Of a stretch of DNA of 64,000 nucleotides, positions 12,608-25,002 are shown piece by piece. Location: positions 100,874,001 to 100,938,000 of the forward strand of contig NC_043003.1 in NCBI RefSeq assembly GCF_006345805.1, written 5' to 3'. The number at the start of each line of letters is the position of its first letter. Position 1 is the stretch's first letter. The notes under the pieces were generated by a model. The model was not told the DNA's origin and ran no database searches. It was given only the letters and a program-made list of their open reading frames with translations. The translations under genes and the position numbers were made by a program. The DNA comes from Octopus sinensis (taxonomy: Eukaryota).

Positions 12608-13095
12608 GGCACTTTTTCACACAGCTATCCACATCCATTCTCACCACATGGCCATACCAGCGCAGTCGTCTCTCTTGCACACCACATCTGATGCTTCTTA
12701 GGTCTAACTTTTCTCTCAAGGTACTAACACTCTGTCAAGTATGCACACTGACATTACACACCCATCGGAGCATACTGGCTTCATCCCTTGCGAACTTACG
12801 CATGTCCTCAGCAGTCATGGCCCATGTTTGACTGCCATGTAGCATGGCTGTTCGTACACATGCATCATACAGTCTACCTTTTACTCTGAGCGAGAGGCCC
12901 TTTGTCACCAGCAGAAGTAAGAGCTCTCTGAACTTTGCGGAAGTTGTTCTCTGCACATTTTCAGTGTTTATTGCTCCCGAGCATCTGCCACATACAAAAA
13001 CTATCTTCCCAGTTAGCCTTCCTTTGATATTGCTGCACCTCTTATGTGTCCATAGCTAACACTGAGTACATCTTATAGAGTTTCTACGTACGCCT
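12608..13095 (-). mobile_element. RTE LINE fragment (PHD-like region to RT C-terminus)
   Basis: KFRELLLLLVTKGLSLRVKGRLYDACVRTAMLHG and SIRCGVQERRLRWYGHV, similar to the 6215-9066 element. Confidence 0.9.
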
Positions 13096-13149
13096 TTTCA
13101 ACAGGTCGAGCAATTTTGTTTGAGTATGTGTATGTACGTGTGTGATTGG

Positions 13150-15030
13150 GAAATATTTGAATGCTTGTATCTGTGATTGTTCTGTACTTCATTTTGTATC
13201 TTGTTTACAAGGTCCCATAATTCATTTTCAAAACTGGTAAGATGGAAATTCAAAGGTGGAAATTTCATAGTTTTAAAAATTAGCCATCAATTATAAACGG
13301 CACGGAGTGAGCTAATAAATAAATATAGAAATAACAAAATGGTTAGTAAGATATTTAAATGAATTAAATGTAAAAATCCACCATTCCACAAATGTAGATG
13401 GATCAAAATTAAAATACTCACAATATCGTAAAAATTAGATTTAAAAAATCAAGCTAGAAGAACCAACTAGAGTAGTAAAAAAACAAAAGGGTGAAACTGA
13501 AATTATTAAACTCTCAAAAACCACTAAATCATCTAATAAAACACTTATAATAGACAACCTTATTTAAAATTTTTAAACACACATTTATTCTTATGGACAC
13601 AGAAAAAAACCCTTTCAGATTTAGAGTTTAACAGCCTTCTTCAAGAAAATAGAATTTTTAAAAATCAAAAATAATTCATCAGAACAAAGAGAGCAGAACC
13701 TATTATCAATCCTATAAGCCGGGGCCATCTCTAAAATGCTCCATTCAATAAAGTACATTTTATTATTATCTTTAGGATTCCAGATGAAATTACTAAGACT
13801 AGTAGAAGCCCTATTTCTGTTCCTAAAGGAATGGTAATGATTTGAAACCCTTTTCTTAATATAATTAGCAGAAGAACCAATATAAAAGTAATCATTACCT
13901 TCAGAAATAACTTTAGCTTGATTGACAACTTCCCTACACTTACAAAAATTACCAAATAAACAATTTTCTTTGTTTCTACAATCACAAAGGGAATTCACAC
14001 CCTTATTTGCTCCTTCATCAATTGAATTATCATTAAGTGAAAGGCTATTACCTCCACTATTATGGAAACTTATATTAGAAATAGAATTCAAACCATCCCT
14101 GCCAAACTGGCTATTAAGAAAATCATTAACATTGGTACTTATGGAATCAGGCTAGCTAGTATTAACCAAGTTATCGCGAAGATAAAAACTGGATAATTTC
14201 TTTTCATTATTAGAAGAAATAATCTGGGATAAATTTTAGAGACTGAAAGCAACTTTAATCAATCTCGGGCTTCAAAATCTCATAATATCTACTTTTTTTT
14301 TATTGAAGTGCTTTAAAAACAATTTATACACCACCCCCAACTAAGTTACTTTTCAATTGACTGGCATTGGGAATAACAAACCAAATGATGTTACTCTTGT
14401 CCAAAACTAAATTAGAATGACCTAAATTATTCACCTTACAGACCAACTTAGAATTATAACCTTTTATTACATAATTATATTTATATTTGTGAACATTAAT
14501 ATCTGGAATTAAAGGGTTACTTTCACAGTAGTTATGCTCACTTCCTGATTATATTTACCTTTCCATTTAGAGTTGGGACATTTAAAATTGAAACCATAAC
14601 AATTACTAGTAAGCATTGATTTATCAGTATAATCATTGTTGAGTATTTAGGTATTCAATATTCTTATTGTAGCCAGCCTTTTCAAGGGCTATATTATAGT
14701 AATCAGCATTCCTATCAAAAACTTCCTTACAAGAAGATAATGCAGAAATTCTTCTAGAGATATTGTAAATTAGAAATTTTTTAACATTTTTAATATATTT
14801 CAGGTCGGAGTTAGTCTTATGATAAGGTTTGTAGATATCAGTAATTAAATTGAAGTTAACATCTAGAAAGTTGACAGATTCATGTTCATTTACTATGGTG
14901 ATAGATAAACCAAAGCTAACTCTAAAAAAAACAGTGAAACTTCTTTCTATATAGATCCATTTTCATATTTGTAACATTCTTAACAAAAAGTTGTCTCAGT
15001 ATAAAGCCCCTGCAAGCTTCGGAAACTCAC
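13150..15030 (-). mobile_element. Penelope-like element relic with GIY-YIG endonuclease (about 13621-13990) preceded by a long N/S-rich region
   Basis: CDCRNKENC..VVNQAKV..FYIGSS..KKRVSNHYHSF..STSLSNFIW..KD..IEWSIL..CSLC is the Penelope GIY-YIG C-terminal pattern. No RT was recognised upstream. Confidence 0.85.
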
Positions 15031-15033
15031 ACC

Positions 15034-17010
15034 CTAACTTAAACAATCTGTTTTCTGAGCATCTGTGGTGTTTATTGCCCCTGTGCATCTGCCACACACG
15101 AAAGCTATCTCCTCGGTTAATCTTCCTTTGATGTTGCTGCACCTCTTATGTGTCCATAGCTTACACTGGGTCCATCTTATAGAGTTTCTACCTACACCTT
15201 TTCTACAGATCAAGCAGGGCCACCTACCTGAAGGGGTGTGTGATGTGTTCACCTTCCTACTTACTAGAACTTTGGTCTTTGCTACATTGACTCTAAAGCC
15301 TTTTGATTCTAAACCTTTCTTCCACACCCAAAATTGCTTTTCTAGTTCTGATAGTGATTCTGCTATGAGGGCCAGGTCATCAGCGTAGAGGAGCTCCCAG
15401 GGGCAACCAGTCTTGAATTCCTTTGTTATTGCCTGGAGGACTATGATGAATAAGAGAGGGCCAAGGGCTGAACCTTGGTGGACCCTTACTTCTACCCGGA
15501 ATTCTTCACTATACTCATTGCCAATCCTAGCCTTATTAACGGCCTCTCTGTATAGGGCGTTACAACCCTTATTAACATTTGTCAATCCCCAGTTTTTGCA
15601 TTGCCCACCAGATAAGGGATCGGGTGACCCTGTCAAAGGCTTTCTCCAAGTCCACAAAAGCTAAGTATAGGGGTTTATCTTTAGCTAGGTATTCCTCCTG
15701 TAGTTGTTGAACCAGGAATATGGTATCAGTGGTGCTTCTATCTGGCCCAAAACCAAACTGCATCTCATCTAAGCAGACTCTCTCCCTAATGAGATGGGCT
15801 ATGACCTTCTCTGTGACCTTCATCACCTGATCCAGCAGTTTGATACCCCTGTAGTTATTTCTATCTAGAGCATCACCTTTACCCCTGTAGCAGTTGACTA
15901 TGGTGCTGCTACACCAGTCATTGGGTATAACTCCATCATGAACTACCAGGTTCAAACTGCAGGTGACTATCCCATAGCCCACACCACCAGCTGTTTTAAG
16001 CATCTCAGCAGTGATTCCTGATGGGCCAGGGGCTTTTCCTGGCTTCATACCCTTAATCGCTTTATCGACCAGAGAGTTGTCTATTCGGATAGCTGGTCCC
16101 TCTACTGGGTCAACATTTGGAAGGCTCTCCTCCTCCCATTCATTCTCCACATTCAGCAGTCTTTCATAATGACTTCTCCAAGCCTCTTTCGTTTTCAAAT
16201 CATTAAAAGCAAGTGCACCATCATCCATGTGGACACATTTCTCTCCTGTGACATCACAATTTTCTCTCACACAGTCTTGCAAACTGAAATACCTCAGTTC
16301 TTTGGTTCTCACATCACTGGACACTGGCAAACTTCTTTTCTGCATCATCCTTGGCTATGTATACCTGCCGCCCAGCCTCCCTTTTGGCTACCTGGTACAG
16401 TTCCCTGCTACCCCATCCTTCCAGGCCTGTTTCTTTGTTCTAATGGCTTTGTCTACCATACTATTCCACCACCACATAACTCTAGGTCTAGAAGAAACTT
16501 TGCACCATCCATAGACTTGGTCTGTGGCACTAAGCAAGCTGTCCCATAGGAATTTCCAGCTACCCTCTATGTCCAATGTCTGTAGCTTCTCCTCCCTCTC
16601 ATCAGATTTCTTGATGACGATGTCCCTAAATCTCTGACCATGTGAAGGGTTCTTTAGCTTCCAAATCCTTCTTTTTGGGATTGGTTTGCTTCTTGGTATC
16701 CTTCTGACTAATGACTAGCCTATACTGGAGGGTACATTCTTCATCTGGGAGGATCTTTGTATATAAGAGCAACCCTGTATCCCACTGTCTGGCGAGAATG
16801 AAATCAATCTGGCTAGCAGAGTTCCCCGATTGATAGGTTATCAGGTGGCTGTCTGGCTTCCTGAAGTTAGTGTTGCAGATTAAAAGGTTACATGCATCAC
16901 AGAACTCCAGTAGCCTAGTTCTCTCATCATTTTGGGAACCAATACCATGGCCCCCGTGTATACCACGGAAGAAACCGGATTGCCACCCAACATGCCCATT
17001 AAAATAACAC
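15034..17010 (-). mobile_element. RTE LINE copy truncated at both ends, with frameshifts
   Basis: APE (FNGHVG, IDFIL) and RT (KAPGPSG, DLEKAFDRV, LYADD) plus the CxxC finger. It retains the EN-RT linker that is deleted in the 6215 copy. Confidence 0.93.
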
Positions 17011-17036
17011 AGTATATAATATATATATATATGTAC

Positions 17037-17094
<58 letters not shown>

Positions 17095-17098
<4 letters not shown>

Positions 17099-18055
17099 AT
17101 GAGTAGGTCAATTCGGGAAACAAATGCTATGACCTACTTTGCTTGTTGTAGTCTGAAAGTCTGGAATACAAAGTTATTGTCCTTTGTTCCGTCAGATTCT
17201 GGAAGGATTAATGAGTTTTGTGCCGGTCAGGGAAAGTTCGAGGAAGCTACCCTTTAAAAAGCGAACGAGCTGTGAGTTTGGAGTCGGCCAGCAGCTCTAG
17301 CAGAGACGGGACTGATACGAGGATAGCGTAGAGGAAGACAGACAGGGAATCTGAGGAGTTGACAAGTGAGAGAATGACAGTGAATGTGAAAGAGGAGGAC
17401 AGGCAGATAAGATCACAGCGAGAGGCAGCGACAACGTGGAGAAGGACATACACATAGGATTAAGGAGCAAGAGAGAGGGACTACGGTATGAGGGCATTTG
17501 GCTATTGTAGTAGCTCGTAACGGTATGTTTATTTATGTTTGATATGTGAAAAGAACTGTTACAGAATTGCGGAAAGCAAAGAAAGAACTGTGTAAAGACA
17601 TTGTGTTACAGAATTGCGGAAGTTAAAGAAAGCAGGAGAAAGACTCTAATGTAGACTTTAAAGAACTTTGAACTGTATCGTTAATGTGAACGTTATTTGT
17701 TTTAATTGATCTGAACTGTATATTGTATCTGCATGCTTTAATTTGATTTGTTGTTTTCTTGCACGTATTTTCTTTGATTTATTTGATGTTGTAATAATTG
17801 TATAAACTGTTGTTAAATGTAGCCAATTGCCTTCCGCCGTCTCTCTTTGTGTCTCTTCCTCCTGTTTGTTGTTGTTGTTATCTCCGGTCGCTGGTCCTGC
17901 CGGGTTCGCTGCCGCCTTTCCCCCACCAAACTCTCTCTCTCCCTGAGTCCGAGGCGAGTTCGCCGATCGTTCGGGCCGGTAAATCGTCGTCGCTCGACTT
18001 GGTAGGGTCCCGGGTTTTCCCGAAGAGTTTGAGTGACGGCAGGTGTTTCGTAACA
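17095..18055. mobile_element. Solo LTR (961 bp) inserted in a (TA)n microsatellite
   Basis: Termini TGTTATGA...TCGTAACA are imperfect inverted repeats with TG...CA ends. ATAT flanks both sides, and no internal ORF was recognised. Confidence 0.75.
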
Positions 18056-18114
18056 ATATATATATATATATATAATATATGTGTGTGTGTGTGTGTATAA
18101 TATTTATATATATA

Positions 18115-19215
18115 TATACATGGCTTCTGTGCCGGTGGCACATAAAAAGCACCATCCGAACGTGACCGATGCAAACCCTGCCTCGAATGGCTTCTGTGAC
18201 GGTGACACATGAATATCGAACCAAATATCAATGAAAACAGTAGTTGTGATACCTCAACCCCGCCTCGAATGGCTTCCGTGCCGGTGGCACATGAATATCG
18301 AACCAAATATCAATGGAAACAGTAGTTGTGATACCTGTGCCGGTGACACATAAAAAGCACCATCCGAATGTGGCCGTTGCCAGTGCAGCCTCCACTGGCT
18401 TCTGTGCCGGTGGCACATAAAAAGCACCATCCGAACGTGACCGATGCCAACCCCGCCTCGAATGGCTTCTGTGCCGGTGGCACATAAAAAGCAACATCCG
18501 AACGTGGCCGATGCCAGCACCACCCCGACTGGCTTCTGTGCCGGTGGCACATAAAAGGCACCAACCGATCGTGGGATCCCGGAACATCTCGCTGTGCTTG
18601 AGGAGACCTGTTGAGTCAAGTGCATGTACATGAACATTGAACCAAATATCAATGGAAACAGTAGTAGTTGTGATACCTGTGCCGGTGACACATAAAAAGC
18701 ACCATCTGAACGTGGCCGTCGCCAGTGCAGCCTCCACTGGCTTCTGTGCTGGTGGCACATAAAAAGCAACATCCGAACGTGGCCGATGCCAGCACCGCCT
18801 TGACTGGCTTCTGTGCCGGTGGCACATAAAAAGCAACATCCAAACGTGGCTGATGCCAGCACCGCCCCGACTGGCTTCTGTGCCGGTGACACATAAAAAG
18901 CACCATCTGAACGTGAGCGATGCCAGCACCGCCTTGACTGGCTTCTGTGCCGGTAGCACAAAAAAAAAAAAAAAAAAAAGCACCAACTGATCGTGGCCGA
19001 TGCCAGACCCCTCTGGCACCTGTGCAGGTGGCACGTAAAAAGCACCCACTACACTCGCGGAGTGGTTGGCGTTAGGAAGAGCATCCAGCTGTAGAAACAC
19101 TGCCAGATCAGACTGGAGCCTGGGGCAGCCCCTGGCTCTCCAGACCCCAGTCGAACCGTCCAACCCGTGCTAGCGCGGAAAACGGACGTTAAATGATGAT
19201 GATGATGATGATGAT
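18115..19215 (+). mobile_element. RTE 3' UTR-derived segment with an expanded 67-bp tandem minisatellite and (GAT)n tail
   Basis: About 13 TGTGCC-GGT-GGCACA-TAAAAA units occur, with a 67-bp period at 18396/18463/18530 and 18738/18805/18872/18939. The 3' end matches 8900-9066. Confidence 0.88.
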
Positions 19216-19649
19216 AGATACAGTGTGCGGTGAATATGTTGTCTAAATTACATGAAAATGAAAATAACACTGACATCTCATTTTAACAGATATATTTGTC
19301 AAAATAACATAAAATATCTTGAAATACTAAGAATAAATTTATTCAATAAAATCGCCATTGGCTTTAACCATGACCTCCAGATGACTTCAGTATCTCCTGC
19401 AACTCTTTTGGATGGTCTTCACAATGCCCTTCAAATCAGCTTTGTAAAAGCTCAGGGTGAGGAGAAGTTGGGTGCTTCTGGTACCCTACATGTCTGTAGT
19501 TTTCTGTAGACCACACATTATTAGTCCTATTAAGTTATGATCCGAGAAAATTGCCAGTGTCACCTAAACATTATGGATGAGCACCACATTATTTGTAAAG
19601 CAGAGATCCAGTAGCATGTTTGTGATGTCAAGCAGAGATTCTACATGCC

Positions 19650-19850
19650 TTAGGCTATGCAGTGACATACCTGAGAGAAGGCAGGCAGGTTGAAGTCCCC
19701 TAGAAGAGGTATTTGTAGGCTGTCATCCAGGTTGTTTGATACTTCTTTCATCTTTTGGAGGCTCTCTTCAAATGAGTCCCCATGATTTGGAGCATCTAGT
19801 GGGCAATATTTAGTACATATTACAATTTTCATCTGTTTAATGAGTACCAC
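19650..19850 (-). mobile_element. Degenerate APE endonuclease fragment of a CR1/Jockey-type LINE
   Basis: YCP(=YRPP-like)..F...L......IPLLGDFNLP pattern. Confidence 0.55.
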
Positions 19851-21177
19851 CAGAGTGTCACAGATTTTTTACTTGTTTCAGTCATTAAACTGCAGGGTTT
19901 AGTTAAGCAAATCAACCCCCAGAACTTAAAATCTAGTACTTATTCCAGCCTCTTTTTACAAAACCACCAAGTTATGGTAAACAAACCAACACTGATTGTC
20001 AAATGGTGGTGGGGGAAAAACTCACACACACTCATATATATACTCTTTCAGCTTCTGTCTACCAAATCTATGCAAAAGGCTTTGGTTAGTCCAGAGCTAT
20101 AGGGAAGACACTTGTCCAAAGTGTTACATAGTGGGATTGAACCAAGAACCATGTTTTTGGGAAGTAAACTTCTTATTATATAGCTATGCCTGTGCCTATC
20201 AGTAAGACTTGAAATGAACACTTGTATGTGTATTCTTAACATGACCAGGTAGGTTCTGATGCAAAATATGCTGGTTGCTATAGTGTATGTCCATTTTAGA
20301 CAACTGTGTATGTCCCTTTTAGACAACTATATATTCTACATGCTTGTTTCATTGGTGCATAGCATTCTGGGACATCAGTGTTTTGATATGTTGTGTCTTG
20401 TTAGCCAGAAGTAGCCAGAACTCCGAGAGGAACCAAAGCTGTTGGTTTTGCTTATACTTTCAGTGAACAGAATTGTTTGCTGACTGGTACTTATATCTGT
20501 AAACTGATTAAAAAGTTATTATTTTCACCATCTACAGTGACATCTGAAAAAAACATTTGCATATTTATCTTTAGTATGTCTAGGCAGGTTCAGATGCAAA
20601 ATATTCTGGATATTATATTGTATGTCATAGGAAAATAACTTCTTCCTTTTACATTTGACAAATGCGCATGCATGTATATGTGAGTGTGTGAGAAAATACT
20701 CTGCATTCAAAACTTGCTTTGATAAATTTTACCTTTTATTCTCTGGGGTCATGTACTGGGTTTGAGCCATCTGCTATGTCCCTCCTTCCCCTTTTTACTC
20801 CTCTCTCTATCAATAAATTTGGCTGTGGTCAGACACAGAAAGGAATTGAGGACTGAAGGTAAGACAAGAATAAATAATGGTGTCTATTATGGCCAGAAAT
20901 TTATTCTGAAGATTAGAATTGATTAAATCAACCACAGTTATTAATTGGTATTTATTTTAATGGCTGTTGTTCCATAAGGAAGAAAGGTAAAGTTAAATCT
21001 GACAGTATTCCAACTCTAGAAGTAAAGAGAATTAACCAACTAGGCATTAATGTCTGTAATTTTAATGTATCTACTATCAATGGCATTCCCATCAAGTATC
21101 TCTTGATGACATTAGCATGTTAAATAGAAATTATAGATTAAAGTTGAAATTGTAAGAAAAAGAAAGTTCATAATTAC

Positions 21178-21264
21178 CGATAATCACCAAATATTTCCTG
21201 TCCCATTTGAAGTACATAGACTACTTTCTCAGTGTTGTCTATAGACCACGGATTGAAGTTGACA
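21178..21264 (-). CDS. PDE10A: PDE10-like coding exon (start of catalytic domain), 87 bp, phase 2-2; VNFNPWSIDNTEKVVYVLQMGQEIFGDY(R)
   Basis: Minus strand reads atacag|TGTCAAC...TATCG|gtaatt. The frame is open, the phases match both neighbouring exons, and the position corresponds to the first helices of the PDE catalytic domain. Confidence 0.85.
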
Positions 21265-21270
21265 CTGTAT

Positions 21271-21815
21271 AATAATAATAATAATGATAATAATAATAAT
21301 AATAATAATAATGATAATAATAATAGTAATCCTTTCTACTAAAGGTACGATACCTGAAATTTGGTGGGAGGGGACTAGTTGATTAATCCAACCCTAGTGT
21401 TTCACTGGTACTTAATTTATCAACCCCGAAAGGATGAAAGTCAAAGTCGACCTCGGTGGAATTTGAACTCAGAACATAATGACAGGTGAAATACTACTAT
21501 AAAAACGATATTGCTACACTACTAAGCATTTTGTCCAGCATGCTAACGATTCTGCCAGCTCAACACCTTAATAACTTAATAATAATAATCCTTTCTACTA
21601 TAGACACAATTCCTGGAATTTTGGGGGAGGGGATGAGTCAAATACATTGACCCCAATGCATGAGTGCTACTTATTTCATCAAACCCGAATGGATGAAAGG
21701 CAAAGTCAGCCATAGTGGAATTTGAACTCAGAACACACGGACAGACGAAATGCTGCTAAGCATTTTGCCTGGGGTGCTAACAATTCTTCCAGCTCACCGC
21801 CTTAATAACAATAAT
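21271..21815 (-). mobile_element. Two tandem tRNA-derived SINEs (OK-like family) with (ATT)n tails
   Basis: Reverse complement reads aagg(c/t)g..gagctggcagaatcgttagca...gagttcaaattcc (B box)...ttcatcctttcgggg. The same family occurs at 37254. Confidence 0.85.
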
Positions 21816-22154
21816 AATAACTAGCATTGCCCATGGAAATTCCACAGTAAATACATATTTTTTTATATGGTTGTAAGTTTATATAGATCCATAAAAATTA
21901 GTGTTTCTTTATAAATAGTATATTCTTCTTTATTTTCATTTAAAAGTACCTTTCAGGTCTTCTGAATAAGGCTGTAATTGAAGGAGCATGACATTCCCAT
22001 TCTCTCAGCAGTTCAGAGTTTCGTTTATAAACCTAAGAGCTTCACAATAATTACAGAGAATATTCATATCACTAATGTAACTTCCAACCATATGTTTACA
22101 GTTTTTTTACATTCTCTCTCATTTTCATTTTATATTCTATCTTTAAAACGCTCC

Positions 22155-22420
22155 ATCATCATCATCATCATCATCATTATTTAACATCCATTGTCCATGC
22201 TGGCATAGGTTGGACAGTTCGACCAGAGCTCGCAAGCTGGAAGGCTGTACTAGATTCTAGCCTGATTTGGCATGGTTTCTATGGCTGGATGCCCTTCCTA
22301 AGGCCAACTACTCTGAGAGTGTAATGGGTACTTTTTGTGCCACCAGCATGGGTGCCATTTGCATGACACCAGTATCTGCAATAACTACAATTTCACTTGG
22401 CTTGATAGGTCTTCTTCTCA
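22155..22420 (-). mobile_element. RTE 3'-end fragment with (CAT)n tail
   Basis: catcatcattatttaacatccattgtccatgctggcataggttggacag..ggatgcccttcctaa. Confidence 0.75.
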
Positions 22421-22865
22421 AGCACAGAACAATGCAAAAGGTCACAGTCCTCATCTGTGGTAAATACTCACTCTATATTCTTTGATTTTTTTCCCCTTCT
22501 GCTCCTGTGCTTGTTCTGTGATTTGACCCTCTGCTTATCTTTACGTTGTTGCCTATTCTGTCTCATTGTTTCTCTCATTAGCTTATATTGTCTGTCATCC
22601 ATATTTTATAAACAAATATTAATTTTCAAGTGAGAAGGCAATTAAAAAATTTAGTTCAATCAAAGAAAAGAAACTACACTTTTCACTATCTATTCTTCAC
22701 CACCACCACTGTTATAGCTTTCAGTAACAAATTCAATCTAAGTTGCTCGCCAACCAAGATTATTTCATTTCAGTTCATTTCACTCATTTGCTTATATCTA
22801 CTTTTGTAGCTGTTTGAATAATAAATTTTTTAAAAATTAATAATATCATGGCTATTTTGTTAAGT

Positions 22866-23112
22866 TACTCTTTTACTCTTTTACTTGTTTCAGTCATTTG
22901 ACTGCGGCCATGCCGGAGCACCGCCTTTAATCGAGCAACTCGACCCCGGGACTTATTCTTTTGTAAGCCCAGTACTTATTCTATCGGTCTCTTCTGCCGA
23001 ACCGCTAAGTAACGGGGACCTAAACACACCAGCATCGGTTGTCAAGCAATGCTAGGGGGACAAACACAGACACACAAACACACACATGCATATATATATA
23101 TATAATATATAT

Positions 23113-23164
<52 letters not shown>

Positions 23165-23306
23165 TACGACGGGCTTCTTTCAGTTTTCATCTACCAAATC
23201 CACTCACAAGGCTTTGGTCGACCCGAGGCTACAGTAGAAGGCACTTGCCCAAGGTACCACGCAGTGGGACTGAACCCAGAACCATGTGGTTGGTAAACAA
23301 GCTACT
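22866..23306 (-). mobile_element. tRNA-derived CORE-type SINE (OR1/OR2-like) with internal (TA)n
   Basis: The reverse complement shows a tRNA-like head (ggttcagtccc B box) then ccttgggcaagtgccttctac, a CORE-like motif. Other copies are at about 20020-20200, 47700-47920, 48100-48390 and 50476-50850. The family name is from memory. Confidence 0.8.
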
Positions 23307-23346
23307 TTTATTCATTAAATTTGCCATAATAATAATAATGATGATG

Positions 23347-23418
<72 letters not shown>

Positions 23419-23670
23419 GGTGGTTCTTTCAACATTATTCAGGAACCTTTTGAGTGGGATGGGCTACTCAACCTGAAGAAAATTCTAACTGGGCCCCACC
23501 TGCAAGGTCATATGCTGTTTATCTTGATATGAGATCACCATGTCGCGCACATATGGTTGTGATGCATGTGCCTGGTGTACCTTTATCAGAGGGGTAGTCA
23601 TGATGGGTATATTGGGCTTCGTATATTTTAGCCCAGTGTCACTTTGATGGCATGCACTGCTCTCTCACTC
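23419..23670 (+). repeat. 3' half of the ~560-bp (TAA)n-anchored repeat
   Basis: Matches the second half of 38518-39075. Confidence 0.85.
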
Positions 23671-23699
23671 AATAATAATAATAATAACAACAACAACAA

Positions 23700-24291
23700 T
23701 AAGAAGGAATATATTCACAGACACGACAGAGTTGGGACTTACATACACTGGAAGCTATGCCAACATTATGGAATAACAACAGAAAAAAGATGGTATAGGC
23801 ACACACCAGAAAAGGTCACAGAAAACGAGAAAGCAACCATACTCTGGGATATGCCAATACACACAGATAGAGAAATTAAGGCCAATAGTTGTCAGAAATA
23901 ATGAAGAAGAAAAAATGCTTTCTAATTGATGTATCAATACTAGCAGATGACAACATGTCTCTAAAAGAAATGGAGAAACTTTCAAAATACAAAGACCTGG
24001 AAATAGAGGTAACTAGGATGTGGAATCTAAAAACAGAAACAATTCCTATCATAGTAGGTGCATTGGGCATGATAAAGAAATATTCAGACAAATACTTAAC
24101 AAAAACACCAGGACTTACAAACACATATAACATACAGAAAATTGCACTACTAGGCACTGCACACATCCTACGCAGAACACTTTCCATACAATAACCATCA
24201 GAGCATCACAACAAATCACAGCACATACCCAAGGCACACAGAGCTGTGCTCGGTAGTGAAGTGAAAGCACGCTATAAAAATAAAACTACTG
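23700..24291 (+). mobile_element. R4/Dong-type non-LTR retrotransposon, 5'-truncated RLE end, (TAA)n tail
   Basis: EYIHRHDRVG..TILWDMPIHTDREIKAN..FLIDVSI..EKLSKYKDLEIE..PIIVGALG. The 3' UTR is identical in type to that at 29030-29127. Confidence 0.88.
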
Positions 24292-24303
24292 AATGATAAT
24301 AAC

Positions 24304-24354
<51 letters not shown>

Positions 24355-24358
<4 letters not shown>

Positions 24359-24911
24359 GCTCTGATGCAGTACCAGACAGTGGCTCTTATGGCTTCTGAT
24401 CTTAACTGATTGGAAGTGTTATCTTGGCATTGTTTTATCTTGGTATAAAAGATGGGCTACAGCAAATATTCTGCTCAATACCACAGATTTGCTTGTCAGT
24501 TGCTTGACCATAACAAGTTGAGCATGTCCCTTAGTGGCTGATGATATGTGCATCTCTGATCACGATCAGAAGTAGTGGGGGAGCATCATAGCCATGTGTT
24601 GAGAGGGATTCTTTGGGGTTTGAATAATTCACCTCTGGAATCATGGGTGTTTATTTCAACATCCTTAAACAACCCTTACTCAGGGACCTTTTAAGCTGGA
24701 TGGGTTACTCGACTAGAAGAAAATTCTAATTGGGCCTCACCTGCAAGGTCATGTGCTGTTTATCTTGATATGATATCACTATGTCGTGCACATATGGTTG
24801 TTATGCATGTGCCTGATGTACCCTTATCAGACGGGTAGTCATTATGGGTATACTGGGCTTTGTATATTTTACCCCTGTGTCACTTTGATGGCATGCACTG
24901 CTCTCTCACTC
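24355..24911 (+). repeat. ~560-bp (TAA)n-anchored repeat, full copy
   Basis: aaatgc(c/t)ctgatgcagtacc...cactgctctctcactc, with microsatellites on both sides. Confidence 0.88.
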
Positions 24912-24933
24912 AATAATAATAATAATGATAGTG

Positions 24934-24979
<46 letters not shown>

Positions 24980-25002
24980 TGATGATGATGATGATGATGA
25001 TG

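Noticed and set aside
18115-19050. Hairpin repeat array resembling a CRISPR array
   Set aside because: Whole 67-bp units repeat with no unique spacers, there are no cas genes, and the context is a eukaryotic LINE 3' UTR.
18228-19163. 311-aa and 263-aa Cys/His-rich repetitive ORFs
   Set aside because: They are antisense read-through of the 67-bp minisatellite, with frames rotating because 67 is not a multiple of 3.
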